From NCBI RefSeq assembly GCF_000014785.1, contig NC_008340.1, forward strand, positions 2,910,001 to 2,942,000: a DNA stretch of 32,000 nt, written 5' to 3'. The position numbers and the translations under genes were made by a program. This DNA comes from Alkalilimnicola ehrlichii MLHE-1 (GTDB lineage: Bacteria > Pseudomonadota > Gammaproteobacteria > Nitrococcales > Halorhodospiraceae). Below, piece after piece: positions 10,702 through 20,654 of this stretch. How positions within the stretch are numbered: position 1 is the stretch's first letter; every line of letters begins with the position of its first letter. The notes under the pieces were generated by a model that saw only the letters and a list, made by a program, of their open reading frames with translations, made no database searches and was not told the origin of the DNA.

Positions 10702-12168
10702 ATGCTGATCTTCGAACAGGCCCGCGAGGGCCGGCGCGCCGCCGCCCAGGCCCCTGAGCGTCCGACCCGGGTACCCGCACTGCCCGAGGCCTTCCGCCGG
10801 CGCAAGCGCCCCGCCCTGCCGGAGGTCTCGGAGCTACAGGCCGTGCGCCACTACACCCGGTTGTCGCAACTGAACTTCTCCATCGACACCCACTTTTACC
10901 CGCTCGGCTCCTGCACCATGAAGTACAACCCCCGCGGCTGCCACGCCGTGGCCAGCGAGCCGGGCTTTGCCGAGCGCCACCCGCTGGCCCCGTCCACCAC
11001 CGGCCAGGGGATGATGGCCTGCCTGCACGAATTGCAGGACTGGCTCACCGCGATCACCGGCATGGGTGATACCAGCCTGGCGGCCATGGCCGGCGCCCAG
11101 GGTGAGTTCTGCGGTGTAGCCATGATCATGGCCTGGCACGCCGGGCGCGGCGACCACCAGCGGAACGAGATCCTGGTGCCCGACGCCGCCCACGGCACCA
11201 ACCCGGCCACCGCCGCCCTCTGCGGCTGTACCGTACGCGAGATCCCCACGGGGCCGGACGGCGACGTGGACATGGGGGCCCTGCACGAGGCCTTGGGCCC
11301 GAGGACCGCCGGCATCATGCTCACCAATCCTTCCACGGTCGGCGTCTTTGAGCGGCGTATCCGCGAGATGGCGGACGCGGTGCACGCCGCCGGCGGGCTG
11401 CTCTATTACGACGGCGCCAACCTGAATGCCATCTTGGGCCGGGTCCGCCCCGGCGACATGGGCTTCGACGTCATGCACCTGAACCTGCACAAGACCTTCT
11501 CCACGCCCCACGGCGGCGGCGGGCCGGGGGCCGGGGCGGTCTGTGTCAGCGAGCGGCTGCGCCCCTACCTGCCGGTGCCGCAGGTGGCCCGCGAGCCGGA
11601 TGGCCGCTTCCGCTGGCTGCAGGAGGGCGACCGGCCGCACACCATCGGCCGGCTGTCCGCCTTCGGCGGCAACATCGGGGTGCTGCTGCGGGCCTGGGCC
11701 TACACCCGCATGCTGGGCCGTGAGGGCCTGCCCCGGGTGGCCGATTACGCCACCCTGAACGCCAACTACCTGATGGCGCGGCTGCAGGCGGAGGGGTTTC
11801 AGGTGGCCTACCCGGAGCGGCGCGCCAGCCACGAGTTCGTGCTCACGCTGAAATCGGAGGCCCGGGAGCTCGGGGTCACCGCCCTGGACTTCAGCAAGGC
11901 GCTGCTTGATCACGGCATCCACGCCCCTACCATGTACTTCCCGATGCTCATCCCCGAGTGCCTGCTGATCGAGCCCACCGAGACCGAGAGCTTGGCGGAG
12001 CTGGATGCCTTCGTGGCCGCCATGGTGGCCATCCGCGAGGCGGCCCGGCGTGACCCCGAGCAGGTGCGCGGGGCCCCCTATCGGCTGCCTGTGCGCCGGC
12101 TGGATGAGGTGCGCGCCGCCCGTCAGCCCGACCTGGCGTGGCGGCCGGAAGCGGCCCCTGACCCCTGA
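10702..12168 (+). CDS. gcvPB: Glycine dehydrogenase (decarboxylating) subunit 2
   Basis: [93 protein letters not shown] (PLP lysine). Confidence 0.96.
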   Translation: MLIFEQAREGRRAAAQAPERPTRVPALPEAFRRRKRPALPEVSELQAVRHYTRLSQLNFSIDTHFYPLGSCTMKYNPRGCHAVASEPGFAERHPLAPSTTGQGMMACLHELQDWLTAITGMGDTSLAAMAGAQGEFCGVAMIMAWHAGRGDHQRNEILVPDAAHGTNPATAALCGCTVREIPTGPDGDVDMGALHEALGPRTAGIMLTNPSTVGVFERRIREMADAVHAAGGLLYYDGANLNAILGRVRPGDMGFDVMHLNLHKTFSTPHGGGGPGAGAVCVSERLRPYLPVPQVAREPDGRFRWLQEGDRPHTIGRLSAFGGNIGVLLRAWAYTRMLGREGLPRVADYATLNANYLMARLQAEGFQVAYPERRASHEFVLTLKSEARELGVTALDFSKALLDHGIHAPTMYFPMLIPECLLIEPTETESLAELDAFVAAMVAIREAARRDPEQVRGAPYRLPVRRLDEVRAARQPDLAWRPEAAPDP

Positions 12169-12307
12169 GGGGCCGGCACCCCGGTTATTGCCAATTGCTA
12201 TACAAAAGCGACTATTTATTATTTTTAGACCTCCCCACGCCGGTCCATCATAACGATGAGCAGACCACCCGGGTCTGACAGCGATATATCCACGGGAGGA
12301 AGCCACC

Positions 12308-12508
12308 ATGGCCGTGCAAGCAAGGGCGATCGGTACCGATATCCAGGCGCTCGAGCGCCGGATCCACCAGCATGAACGGGCGCTGACCACCCTGCGCCTG
12401 ACCCTGGCACAGGCACAGCGCCAGGACGCCGGGAACGATGACCGCCGGCCGGCCCGCCCGCAGGCGGCCGGGGGCGATTACTACGTCCTGCCGGTAGGGG
12501 TCGGTTGA
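12308..12508 (+). CDS. Small hypothetical protein (66 aa)
   Basis: ORF with SD-like gggaggaagccaccATG; heptad-like ALERRIHQHERALTTLRLTLAQAQRQ. Overlaps the 3' end of the convergent EamA gene by 28 bp. Confidence 0.45.
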   Translation: MAVQARAIGTDIQALERRIHQHERALTTLRLTLAQAQRQDAGNDDRRPARPQAAGGDYYVLPVGVG

Positions 12509-13368
12509 TGCGGCAGCCGGCGCAGCGCCAGCACGCTGTGCACGGCCAGGGTCGTTAACAGCAGGCCGCCAGCCACCAGGGTCTGGGGCGAGGGCGACTC
12601 GCCCAGCCAGGCCGCCACCCAGACCGGCGCCAGCACCATCTCCACCAGCATGAACAGGCTCACCTCCGGCGACGTGATATAGCGCGTCGCCGTGGCGAGC
12701 AGCCCCAGGGCCAGCGGCATCTGCACCAGGCCCATCAGGGCCAGCACGGCGTAGCTCTCGGCCGCCAGCCCCCAGGGGGCGGCGGAGGTCCAGGCCAGCA
12801 GGGCGGTGACCGCGCCCCCCAGCGAGACGGTGGGCAGCCGCGGCACCTGGGGAAAGCGGCGCAGCAGCGTGAAGTTGCCGCCCAGTACGATTGCCGCCCC
12901 CAGGGCGAAGGCGTCGCCCAACAGGCCGTCGCCGTCCAGCGAACCGGCGAACACCGTCCCCACCGCGATCACCGCCACCACCATGGCCACCCAGGTGTGC
13001 GCCGCCACCCCCTCGCGCAGAAACAGCCGGGTACAGGCGGCAGCGAACAGCGGCGCGATACTCAGGATCACCACCACGTTGGCCACCGCAGTGTGCATCA
13101 CCGCCAGCACGAAGAGCAGGCCATTCAACCCGAACATCAGGCTGGCGCCCAGCAATGGCCCCAGCGGGGCGCGGACCGCCCGTTGCCAGCCCCCCAGCCA
13201 GCCCGCCACCACCGCCAGCGACAAGGCGATGAACACCCCGCGCCAGACCGCCACCTCCCAGGGCCCGACACCGGCCAGGCGCACCAGCAGGGCGTCGAAA
13301 CTCAGCGCCAGCACCCCCGCGCCGGCAATCAGCATCCCCAGCGCCTGTCGTGACAGCCCGTCGCCCAT
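12481..13368 (-). CDS. EamA/DMT-superfamily transporter
   Basis: ~10 hydrophobic segments, VAVWRGVFIALSLAVVAGWLGG...LTGSLF-type; GPWEVAVWR, ANVVVILSIAPLFAAACTRLFLREGV, VISPEVSLFMLVEMVLAPVWVAAWLGESPSPQTLVAGGLLL (two EamA repeats). Confidence 0.88.
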   Translation of the reverse strand: MGDGLSRQALGMLIAGAGVLALSFDALLVRLAGVGPWEVAVWRGVFIALSLAVVAGWLGGWQRAVRAPLGPLLGASLMFGLNGLLFVLAVMHTAVANVVVILSIAPLFAAACTRLFLREGVAAHTWVAMVVAVIAVGTVFAGSLDGDGLLGDAFALGAAIVLGGNFTLLRRFPQVPRLPTVSLGGAVTALLAWTSAAPWGLAAESYAVLALMGLVQMPLALGLLATATRYITSPEVSLFMLVEMVLAPVWVAAWLGESPSPQTLVAGGLLLTTLAVHSVLALRRLPHQPTPTGRT

Positions 13369-13478
13369 TTCGGCGGCCCCCTGCGTTCGTCAACCGGTGA
13401 TGCGCCCGCCGCGACGTGGCCGGGCTGCGACCGGATCAGTATGATGCGGGGATCAACCCGCAGCGAAAGCGAAGGACC

Positions 13479-14585
13479 ATGATACTGCCCCTGATCCCAC
13501 TGAGCATGGCCACAACACCCCCCACCGACGCCGCCGACGCCGGCCGCCACGCCTGGGAGCGCGGCGACCCCGCGGAGGCGGCCCGTCTCTGGCGCCCCGC
13601 GGCGGAACAGGGCGACCCCGATGCCCAGGTGGGCCTGGGGCTGTTGCTGGCCCACGGCGAGGGGCTGGAGCAGGACCTGGCCGCCGCCCGCCGCTGGTGG
13701 GAGCAGGCCGCCGAGAAGGACCACGCGGATGCCTGGTTCAACCTCGGCCAGATCACCGAATACGGCCTGGACGGGACCCCGGACCCGGCCCAGGCGGCGG
13801 CACTCTACCGCCGGGCCGCCGACCAGGGCCACCCCCAGGGCCTGCACGCCCTGGCCGCCCTACTGTTCCAGGGCCAGGGCGTGCCGGAGGACCCGGCCCA
13901 GGCGGTGGCCCTGTGGCGCCGGGCCGCCGAGGCCGGCCTGCCCGATGCGGAGAACAGCCTGGGGGTGGCCCACCAGATGGGCCGCGGCGTCGAGGAGGAC
14001 TTCAGCGCCGCCGTGCGCCACTACCGCCGGGCCGCCGAACAGGGCCACCCGCAGGCCGCCGCCAATCTGGCCGGCCTGCTGGCCATGGGCCTGGGTGTGG
14101 CCCAGGACCCGACCGAGGCGGCGCGGTGGTGGCGCCTGGCGGCCGAGGCCGGCGACCCGGACGCCCAGGTCCAACTCGGCAACTGTTATCGCGACGGTCG
14201 CGGTGTGGCCCAGGACGACCAGGCGGCCGTGGACTGGTACTGGCGCGCCGCCCGTCAGGGCCATCCGGAGGGGCAGACCAACGTGGGCGTCATGCACGAT
14301 CAGGGCCGCGGGGTGTTCAAGGACCCGGCCAAGGCCGTCAAGTGGTACCGGCTCGCCGCCGAGCAGGGCTTCCCGCCGGCGCAGTACAACCTGGCCATCA
14401 TGTACTCCGAGGGACACGGGGTGGAGGAGGACAAGATCGAAGCCTGGTGCTGGTTCAGCCTGGCCGACCGCCAGGGCTACGCCCCCGCCCGCGATGCCGT
14501 GACCTGGCTCGACGAGGTCATGGACCCCATCAGCCGCGCCCGCGCCGAGGAACGTCTGCGAGTGCTGGCGGGTCAATCAGGGTAG
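13479..14585 (+). CDS. Sel1-like repeat protein
   Basis: About eight ~36-aa repeats of type A..W(Y)RRAAEQGHPxAxxNLGxxYxxGxGVxxDxxxAV, e.g. AVKWYRLAAEQGFPPAQYNLAIMYSEGHGVEEDKIEAWCWFSLAD. Confidence 0.93.
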   Translation: MILPLIPLSMATTPPTDAADAGRHAWERGDPAEAARLWRPAAEQGDPDAQVGLGLLLAHGEGLEQDLAAARRWWEQAAEKDHADAWFNLGQITEYGLDGTPDPAQAAALYRRAADQGHPQGLHALAALLFQGQGVPEDPAQAVALWRRAAEAGLPDAENSLGVAHQMGRGVEEDFSAAVRHYRRAAEQGHPQAAANLAGLLAMGLGVAQDPTEAARWWRLAAEAGDPDAQVQLGNCYRDGRGVAQDDQAAVDWYWRAARQGHPEGQTNVGVMHDQGRGVFKDPAKAVKWYRLAAEQGFPPAQYNLAIMYSEGHGVEEDKIEAWCWFSLADRQGYAPARDAVTWLDEVMDPISRARAEERLRVLAGQSG

Positions 14586-14639
14586 GCCCCCGGCACCGAT
14601 ACGGCGCCGCCATCCCGACAGCTAAGGAGCACACCGGCC

Positions 14640-16031
14640 ATGAACGCCTGGTCCAGCACCCTGCTTGCCACCCTGCTCGCCACCGGCCCCGCGCTGACCG
14701 CCGCCGCCCCCCCGGCGCAGGAGAGCGGCGCCGACGACCGCGAAGCCCTCTCGATCACCGTCTACCAACGCGACCTGGCCCTGGTCCGCGAGCAACGGCG
14801 GCTGGAGCTGCCGGAGGACGGCGCCCGCGTCCAGTTCACCGGTCTGCCCGGGGCCCTGGACCCGGGCAGCCTGCACCTGCGCAGCGAGACACCGTTGCGG
14901 GCCAGCGGCCTGGACTGGACCACCGGTGAGCTGGACATCGACCGGCTGCTCACCGCCCGCCGCGGTCACACCCTGACGCTGGTGCATGATGCGAGCGGTC
15001 GCCGGATCACCGGCCGACTGCTGCACAGCGACGACCGGCGGGTGCTACTGGAGACCGACCACGGCGCCGAGACGGTACCCCTGAACGATGCCTGGCGGAT
15101 CCGTTTCGGCAGCCTGCCCGCCCACCTGCAGCCGCTGCCCGCCCTCACCCTCGACCTGACGCCGGACGAGGGCGGCGAGCAGCCGGTCGAACTGGCCTAT
15201 CTCACCGGCGGGCTCTCCTGGTCCGCCCGCCACACCGCCACCCTGGATGAGACGGGCGAAGCGCTCCGCCTGGAGTCCCTGGCCGCCATCGACAACCGCA
15301 GCGGCGGCGACTGGCCCCAGGCCCGGCTGCAGCTGCTGGCCGGCGACACCCACGGCGATGACCGCCCGGTGCAGCCCATGGCGCTGCGCAGCCAGGCCGC
15401 CGAGGCCGCTGCGCCGGAGCGGGAGGCCCTGGCCGGCTACCACCTCTATACCCTGCCAGACCCACTCACCCTGCGTGATGGCGAGACCCGACTGGCCACC
15501 CTGGCGGCATCGCGCACTGTGCCGGTGGAGCGCCAGTGGGTGAGCCGGGGACAGGCCGGGCGACAACTGGCGGAACGGCAGCCACAGGGCGTGACCGGCC
15601 GACTGGTCTTCGACAACGGCGACCCCACATCGGGGACGCCGATGCCGGCGGGCCCGGTCCAGGTCTACGGCCCCGACCGCCATGGGGAATTGCAGTACCT
15701 GGGTGAACAGCGCATCGGCCATACGCCGGCCGGACAGACCGTGCGGCTCGATATCGGCCGCAGTTTTGACGTCACCGCGGAACGTACCCCGGTGAGCTGG
15801 CGCCGGCTGGACGAGCGCGGCGGCTTCGAGGCCGAGTGGCACCTCAGGGTGGACAACGCCGGCGAGCAGGCCGTGACGGTGCAGCTGGAGGAAGAGCTGA
15901 ACGGCGACTGGCAGATCCTGGAGGAGAGCGAGGCGCACGAGCGGGTCTCGGCCCGGCTGGCGCGCTGGGCGTTGCAGGTACCCGCGGAGGGCCGGACGGA
16001 GCTGCGCTACCGGGTGGAAGTCCGCCGTTAG
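14640..16031 (+). CDS. DUF4139-type domain protein (putative secreted/periplasmic)
   Basis: Signal-like N-terminus; ITVYQRDLALVREQRRLELPEDGARVQFTGLPGALDPGSLHLRS and ELAYLTGGLSWSARHTATLDE...LAAIDNRSGGDWPQARLQLLAGD are typical of the DUF4139 family. Confidence 0.8.
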   Translation: MNAWSSTLLATLLATGPALTAAAPPAQESGADDREALSITVYQRDLALVREQRRLELPEDGARVQFTGLPGALDPGSLHLRSETPLRASGLDWTTGELDIDRLLTARRGHTLTLVHDASGRRITGRLLHSDDRRVLLETDHGAETVPLNDAWRIRFGSLPAHLQPLPALTLDLTPDEGGEQPVELAYLTGGLSWSARHTATLDETGEALRLESLAAIDNRSGGDWPQARLQLLAGDTHGDDRPVQPMALRSQAAEAAAPEREALAGYHLYTLPDPLTLRDGETRLATLAASRTVPVERQWVSRGQAGRQLAERQPQGVTGRLVFDNGDPTSGTPMPAGPVQVYGPDRHGELQYLGEQRIGHTPAGQTVRLDIGRSFDVTAERTPVSWRRLDERGGFEAEWHLRVDNAGEQAVTVQLEEELNGDWQILEESEAHERVSARLARWALQVPAEGRTELRYRVEVRR

Positions 16032-16109
16032 CCGCGTTAACCTGCGGTGTTCTGCCGCAGGGGCGCCCTGCCGGTGTCCCGGCCCCTCCACAGCACACCG
16101 CGGGTAGCC

Positions 16110-19100
16110 ATGAACAGTCTTGACCAACACCTGGAAAGCGCCGGCCTCACCTTCGCCCGACTCCAGACCCCGGCGGGTCTGGCCGAGCTGGACCGCCGAT
16201 TCCTGGACTGGCTGCGCGAGCGCGACGGCGAGCTGTGCGAACGGCTGCTCGCCCACCGTGACCGGCAGCCGGCCACCACCCCCGACTACAGCCGGCTGCT
16301 GCTGGCCGTGGCGCCCCACCTGGAGCAGTGGCTGGCGGGGCTGTTCGGCATCACCGAGGCGCTGACCCGCCGCCGGGCCACGCTCGTCGCCGACGATGTG
16401 ATCATCGACTTCCGCCGCGAGTTCGTGCAGAAACGCGCACGCAGGGCCCGTCCGGAGGCTGACTTCACCACCCTCGACGAGGCGCTCCGCGAGGCCCTCC
16501 GCCAGGCCCGCCTGCCCACCGAGCAGGACGAGGAACTGGCGGTGGCCCGCTACGGCCTCAACCTGCTGGGTGACGAGGCAGGCCACGCCGAGGCCATCCG
16601 TGGCCTCGCCGAGTGGTGCGCCCGCGCCCTGGAGACCCCGGAGGGGCGTGCGCGGGTGGCCGGCTGGACCGCCTTCCGCCTGCCGCGCAAGGTGGACCAC
16701 GCCCGCCTGGTGCCGCTGCGCCGGGCCGACCTGCCCGGTGCCGCCCGGCTGGCGGCCGCCACAGAACACCACCGCAGCCGCGACGGTTTCAGCCTCACCG
16801 ACCCGCGCATGTCCGCCCGCGATGTGCACGCCGAGACGCACTACTGCGTGCTCTGCCACGAGCACGCCGGCGACTTCTGCTCCCGCGGTTTCCCGGAGAA
16901 GAAGAAGCAACCGGAACTGGGCTACCGGGTGGACCCGCTGGGCAACACCCTCACCGGCTGCCCGCTGGAGGAGAAGATCAGCGAGATGCACGCCCTGCGC
17001 CGGGAGGGGCGAGTGATCGCCGCCCTGGCCATGATCATGGTGGACAACCCCATGGTCCCGGCCACCGGCCACCGGATCTGCAACGACTGCATGAAGGCAT
17101 GCATCTACCAGAAGCAGGATCCGGTGAACATCCCCCAGGCCGAGACCGGGGTGCTCACCGAGGTGCTGGACCTGCCCTGGGGGGTCGAACTCTACCACCT
17201 GCTGGCCCGCTGGAACCCGCTGCGTCCCCAGCAGTACCTGGAGCAGCCCCACAACGGCCGCCGGGTGCTGGTGGCCGGGATGGGCCCGGCCGGTTTCACC
17301 ATGGCCCACCACCTCACCATGGCCGGCTGCAAGGTGGTCGGCATCGATGGGCTCAAGGTCGAGCCCCTGCCCGAGGACATCCTCCGCGGCCCGGTGCGCG
17401 ACTGGGACCAGTTGGCCGAGGACCTGGACGAGCGCACCCTGCTCGGCTTCGGCGGGGTGGCCGAGTACGGCATCACGGTGCGCTGGGACAAGAACTTCCT
17501 CAAGCTCATCTACCTCACCCTGGCCCGGCGCCAGACCTTCAGCGTCCACGGCGGCGTGCGCCTGGGCGGCACCCTCACCCTGGAGGACGCCTGGGAACAG
17601 GGCTTTGACCACGTCTGCGTCGCCACCGGCGCCGGCTACCCGCGGGTCATCCCCATGGGCAACTCGCTCGCCCGCGGCATGCGCCAGGCCAACGACTTCC
17701 TGATGGCCCTGCAACTCACCGGCGCCGGCAAGATGAGCTCCATCGCCAACCTCCAGGTACGCCTGCCGGCGGTGGTCATCGGTGGCGGGCTCACCGGCGT
17801 GGACACCGCCACCGAGGTGCAGGCCTACTACATCCGCCAAGTGGAAAAGGTGCTCTGGCGCTACGAGACCCTGGTGGCCGAACGCGGCGAGGCGCGCGTG
17901 CGCGACCGGTTGAACGACGAGGATCAGGCCATCCTGGATGAGTTCCTGGCCCACGGCCGAGCGGCCCGCGATGAGCGCGCGAAGGCCGCCGCCGAGGGCC
18001 GGGAACCCGACTTTATCCCGCTGATCCAGAAGTGGGGCGGGGTGACCATCGCCTACCGCAAGGGCATGAACGCCTCGCCCGCCTACACCCGCAACCACGA
18101 GGAGTTGCGGGCGGCCACCGAGGAGGGGCTCTACTACGCCGAGGGCCTGGACCCCATCCACGCCCGGCTGGACGAGCACCACCACATCCGCAGCCTGGTT
18201 TGCCGACAGATGAAGCACGATGCCGGCCGCTGGTTCACTACCAGCCACGAGGTGGAACTGCCCGCCCGCTCGGTCTTCGTGGCCGCCGGCACCGTACCCA
18301 ACACCATCTACGAACACGAGCACCCGGGCAGCCTGGAGCTGGAGGGCAACCACTACCGGCCCCACGCCTTTCACAACGAGGGCCTGCAACCGGTGCAGAC
18401 CGCCGAGCACGTCAAGTCGCCGGAGGCGGGTCCCTTCACCGGCTACCGCCATCAGGGGCGCACGGTCACCTTCCTGGGCGACACCCACCCGGTCTACCAG
18501 GGCAGCGTGGTGAGGGCCATCGCCTCGGCCCACGACAGCTGGCCGGAGGTGATGAAGGCCCTGGACAGCCTGCCGGCTCGGGTGCCCAACCCGGACCCCC
18601 ACGCCTTCCAGCGCCGTGTCGCCGACCTGCTGAGCGCGGAGGTGGTCTCGGTGAACCGGGACAACCCGGCGGTCACCGAGATCTGGGTGCGCGCCCCGGC
18701 TGCCGCCCGGCGTTTCCGCCCCGGGCAATTCTTCCGGCTGCAGACCTACGAGAGCCACTCCCCGCTGGTGGCCGGCACCCGGCTCCAGGTCCCGCTGCTC
18801 ACCGTCTCGGGCACCGGCATCGACGGCGACTGCATCCGCCTGATGGTCTTCCAGTGGGGGGCCGGCCCGCGCATCGCCGGCCGGCTCCGGCCCGGTGACC
18901 CGGTGGTACTGATGGGCCCCACCGGTGCCCCCACCGATATCCCCAGCGGCGAGACGGTGCTGGTGGTGGCCGGGCGCTGGGGCGCGGCGGTGATGCACGA
19001 CATCGGCTCAGCCCTGCGCGCCGCCGGCAACCGGGTGCTCTACCTGGCCGCCTTCGGCTCGCCCCGCGATGTGGACCACCAGGGGGAGCTGGAGGCCGGT

Positions 19101-19604
19101 GCCGACCAGATCATCTGGTGCACCGCCGGTGAGGCGCTGATTGAGGCCCGCCGCCCGGGGGACTGCGCGGTGCAGGCCACCGACATGCTGGATGTGCTGC
19201 GCCGGTACGCCGACGGCGAGATCCGCCCGGTCGAGGGCCGCGGCCTGCCGCTCTCCTCGGTGGACCGCATCCTGGTAATGGGCGGCACCGGGCTGCTCAA
19301 GGGCTTCCAGGCCGCCCTGGGTGACCACCTGGGCGGCCGCCTCGCCCCCGGGGTCCAGGCCCACGGCACCGTGGGCAGCCCGATGCAGTGCATGCTCAAG
19401 GGCGTCTGTGCCCAGTGCCTGCAGTGGCAGCTCGACCCGGAAACCGGCAAACGCACCCGCCCGGTCTTCTCCTGCGCCGAACAGGACCAGCCCCTGGCCT
19501 GGATCGACCTGGACAACCTGGCCGCCCGCCAGCAGCAGAACCGCCTGCTGGACCAGCTCACCGGCCAATGGGTGGACCACGTGCTGGCCCGAGCTGACGA
19601 CTGA
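16110..19604 (+). CDS. Large multidomain flavin/Fe-S oxidoreductase (GltD/NfnB-like plus PyrK/NfnA-like electron-transfer module)
   Basis: ~1165 aa. Cys clusters YCVLCHEHAGDFCSRGF, TGCPLEEKISEM, RICNDCMKACIY; nucleotide-binding motifs RVLVAGMGPAGFTMAHHL and LPAVVIGGGLTGVDTATEV; C-terminal FNR-like FRPGQFFRLQTY..GPTGAPTDIPSGETVLVVAGRWG..; terminal cysteine motif PMQCMLKGVCAQCLQW...FSC. Confidence 0.82.
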   Translation: MNSLDQHLESAGLTFARLQTPAGLAELDRRFLDWLRERDGELCERLLAHRDRQPATTPDYSRLLLAVAPHLEQWLAGLFGITEALTRRRATLVADDVIIDFRREFVQKRARRARPEADFTTLDEALREALRQARLPTEQDEELAVARYGLNLLGDEAGHAEAIRGLAEWCARALETPEGRARVAGWTAFRLPRKVDHARLVPLRRADLPGAARLAAATEHHRSRDGFSLTDPRMSARDVHAETHYCVLCHEHAGDFCSRGFPEKKKQPELGYRVDPLGNTLTGCPLEEKISEMHALRREGRVIAALAMIMVDNPMVPATGHRICNDCMKACIYQKQDPVNIPQAETGVLTEVLDLPWGVELYHLLARWNPLRPQQYLEQPHNGRRVLVAGMGPAGFTMAHHLTMAGCKVVGIDGLKVEPLPEDILRGPVRDWDQLAEDLDERTLLGFGGVAEYGITVRWDKNFLKLIYLTLARRQTFSVHGGVRLGGTLTLEDAWEQGFDHVCVATGAGYPRVIPMGNSLARGMRQANDFLMALQLTGAGKMSSIANLQVRLPAVVIGGGLTGVDTATEVQAYYIRQVEKVLWRYETLVAERGEARVRDRLNDEDQAILDEFLAHGRAARDERAKAAAEGREPDFIPLIQKWGGVTIAYRKGMNASPAYTRNHEELRAATEEGLYYAEGLDPIHARLDEHHHIRSLVCRQMKHDAGRWFTTSHEVELPARSVFVAAGTVPNTIYEHEHPGSLELEGNHYRPHAFHNEGLQPVQTAEHVKSPEAGPFTGYRHQGRTVTFLGDTHPVYQGSVVRAIASAHDSWPEVMKALDSLPARVPNPDPHAFQRRVADLLSAEVVSVNRDNPAVTEIWVRAPAAARRFRPGQFFRLQTYESHSPLVAGTRLQVPLLTVSGTGIDGDCIRLMVFQWGAGPRIAGRLRPGDPVVLMGPTGAPTDIPSGETVLVVAGRWGAAVMHDIGSALRAAGNRVLYLAAFGSPRDVDHQGELEAGADQIIWCTAGEALIEARRPGDCAVQATDMLDVLRRYADGEIRPVEGRGLPLSSVDRILVMGGTGLLKGFQAALGDHLGGRLAPGVQAHGTVGSPMQCMLKGVCAQCLQWQLDPETGKRTRPVFSCAEQDQPLAWIDLDNLAARQQQNRLLDQLTGQWVDHVLARADD

Positions 19605-19816
19605 CGGACGGCGGTGCGCCGGCGGGGGCGGATTACGGTTCAGGCCGACTTTTGCCCACCGAGCAACGCAGGGAAAAATCGGATGAAGCGCGTGCCTGTT
19701 CGAGCGAAGCGAGTTCACGCGCGCCGATTTTTCCCGAGTAGCGCAGGGTACCCGAAGGGTGCGCAATCGGAGGCCTGAACCGTAATCCGCCCCCGCCGGC
19801 GCACCGCCGTCCGTCA
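19602..19816. repeat. 215-bp palindromic element bounded by perfect 45-bp inverted repeats with nested inner inverted repeats
   Basis: 19602-19646 tgacggacggcggtgcgccggcgggggcggattacggttcaggcc is the exact reverse complement of 19772-19816. Inner pairs: gggaaaaatcgg 19671-19682 / ccgatttttccc 19724-19735; gcgcgtg 19688-19694 / cacgcgc 19716-19722. Confidence 0.92.
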
Positions 19817-19919
19817 CCCCCTATTTCCTACGGTGTCAGCGGGCTTGAAAAGCCGGCCGGAAAAGCGCAGGCTGATACAATCTTTTAATTGAATACATCC
19901 CCCAACTGGAGGTCTCCGT

Positions 19920-20117
19920 ATGAACCTGAAACAGAACATGGGCACCGTGGACCGTGCCCTCCGCGCCATCGTCGGCGTCATCCTGCTGGCGCTGGTCTTC
20001 GTCGGTCCGCAGACCCCTTGGGGCCTGATCGGTATCATCCCGCTGGCCACCGCCGCCATCGGCTGGTGCCCCGTCTACCTGCCCCTGGGCCTCAGCACCT
20101 GCGGCAAGAAGACCTGA
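19920..20117 (+). CDS. YgaP-like small membrane protein (DUF2892)
   Basis: MNLKQNMGTVDRALRAIVGVILLALVFVGPQTPWGLIGIIPLATAAIGWCPVYLPLGLSTCGKK; SD ggagg upstream. Confidence 0.88.
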   Translation: MNLKQNMGTVDRALRAIVGVILLALVFVGPQTPWGLIGIIPLATAAIGWCPVYLPLGLSTCGKKT

Positions 20118-20150
20118 CCGCCGGCCGCTGACGGCAGTGCCAACCGAATA

Positions 20151-20190
20151 ACGCCCGGGGGCCCAAAAGGCCGTCGGGCGTCATTTCTTC
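20151..20190. terminator. Putative terminator hairpin between convergent YgaP-like gene and cynS
   Basis: acgcccg(gg)ggcc-caaaa-ggcc(gt)cgggcgt (20151-20181) followed by catttcttc. Confidence 0.6.
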
Positions 20191-20210
20191 ACCGTCGACA
20201 ACCGCAGCCT

Positions 20211-20654
20211 TCACCAGCGTTTGTAGGGCAGGAACTTCCCGTTCAGGGTGAGCACCACCCGATCGCCCTTCGGGTCCTCGACCTTGTCCACCTCCATGGT
20301 GAAGTCGATGGCACTCATGATGCCGTCACCGAACTTCTCCTGGATCACCTGCTTCAGGGTCTCGCCGTAGACCATCACCACCTCGTTCAGACGATAGACC
20401 AGCGGGTCGGAGAGCATCTCTTGGTAGCGCTGGCCCTTCTCCGGGTAGACCTGCAACGCCGCCCCCACCTCACCGGGCAGCCCCAGCACGCCGCAGAGCT
20501 TTTCGGCCGGATCGGCCAGCAGGCTGTTCTCTCCCAGGCAGGCGGAACAGATGAAGACCGGCGACAGGCCCGTGGCCTCCCCGATGGCCTCCCAGCTCAT
20601 GCCTTTGAACTGCTTGGCGGCCAGGATCGCTTCACGCATTTCTGCCTTGTTCAT
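20211..20654 (-). CDS. cynS: Cyanate hydratase (cyanase)
   Basis: MNKAEMREAILAAKQFKGMSWEAIGEATGLSPVFICSACLGENSLLADPAEKL...DPLVYRLNEVVMVYGETLKQVIQEKFGDGIMSAIDFTMEVDKVEDPKGDRVVLTLNGKFLPYKRW; catalytic Arg/Glu (YRLNE) and Ser (IMSAIDF) present. Confidence 0.97.
   Translation of the reverse strand: MNKAEMREAILAAKQFKGMSWEAIGEATGLSPVFICSACLGENSLLADPAEKLCGVLGLPGEVGAALQVYPEKGQRYQEMLSDPLVYRLNEVVMVYGETLKQVIQEKFGDGIMSAIDFTMEVDKVEDPKGDRVVLTLNGKFLPYKRW

Noticed and set aside
13479-14585. Tandem DNA repeat or mobile array
   Set aside because: Periodicity (~108 bp) is explained by degenerate Sel1 protein repeats; nucleotide copies are divergent.
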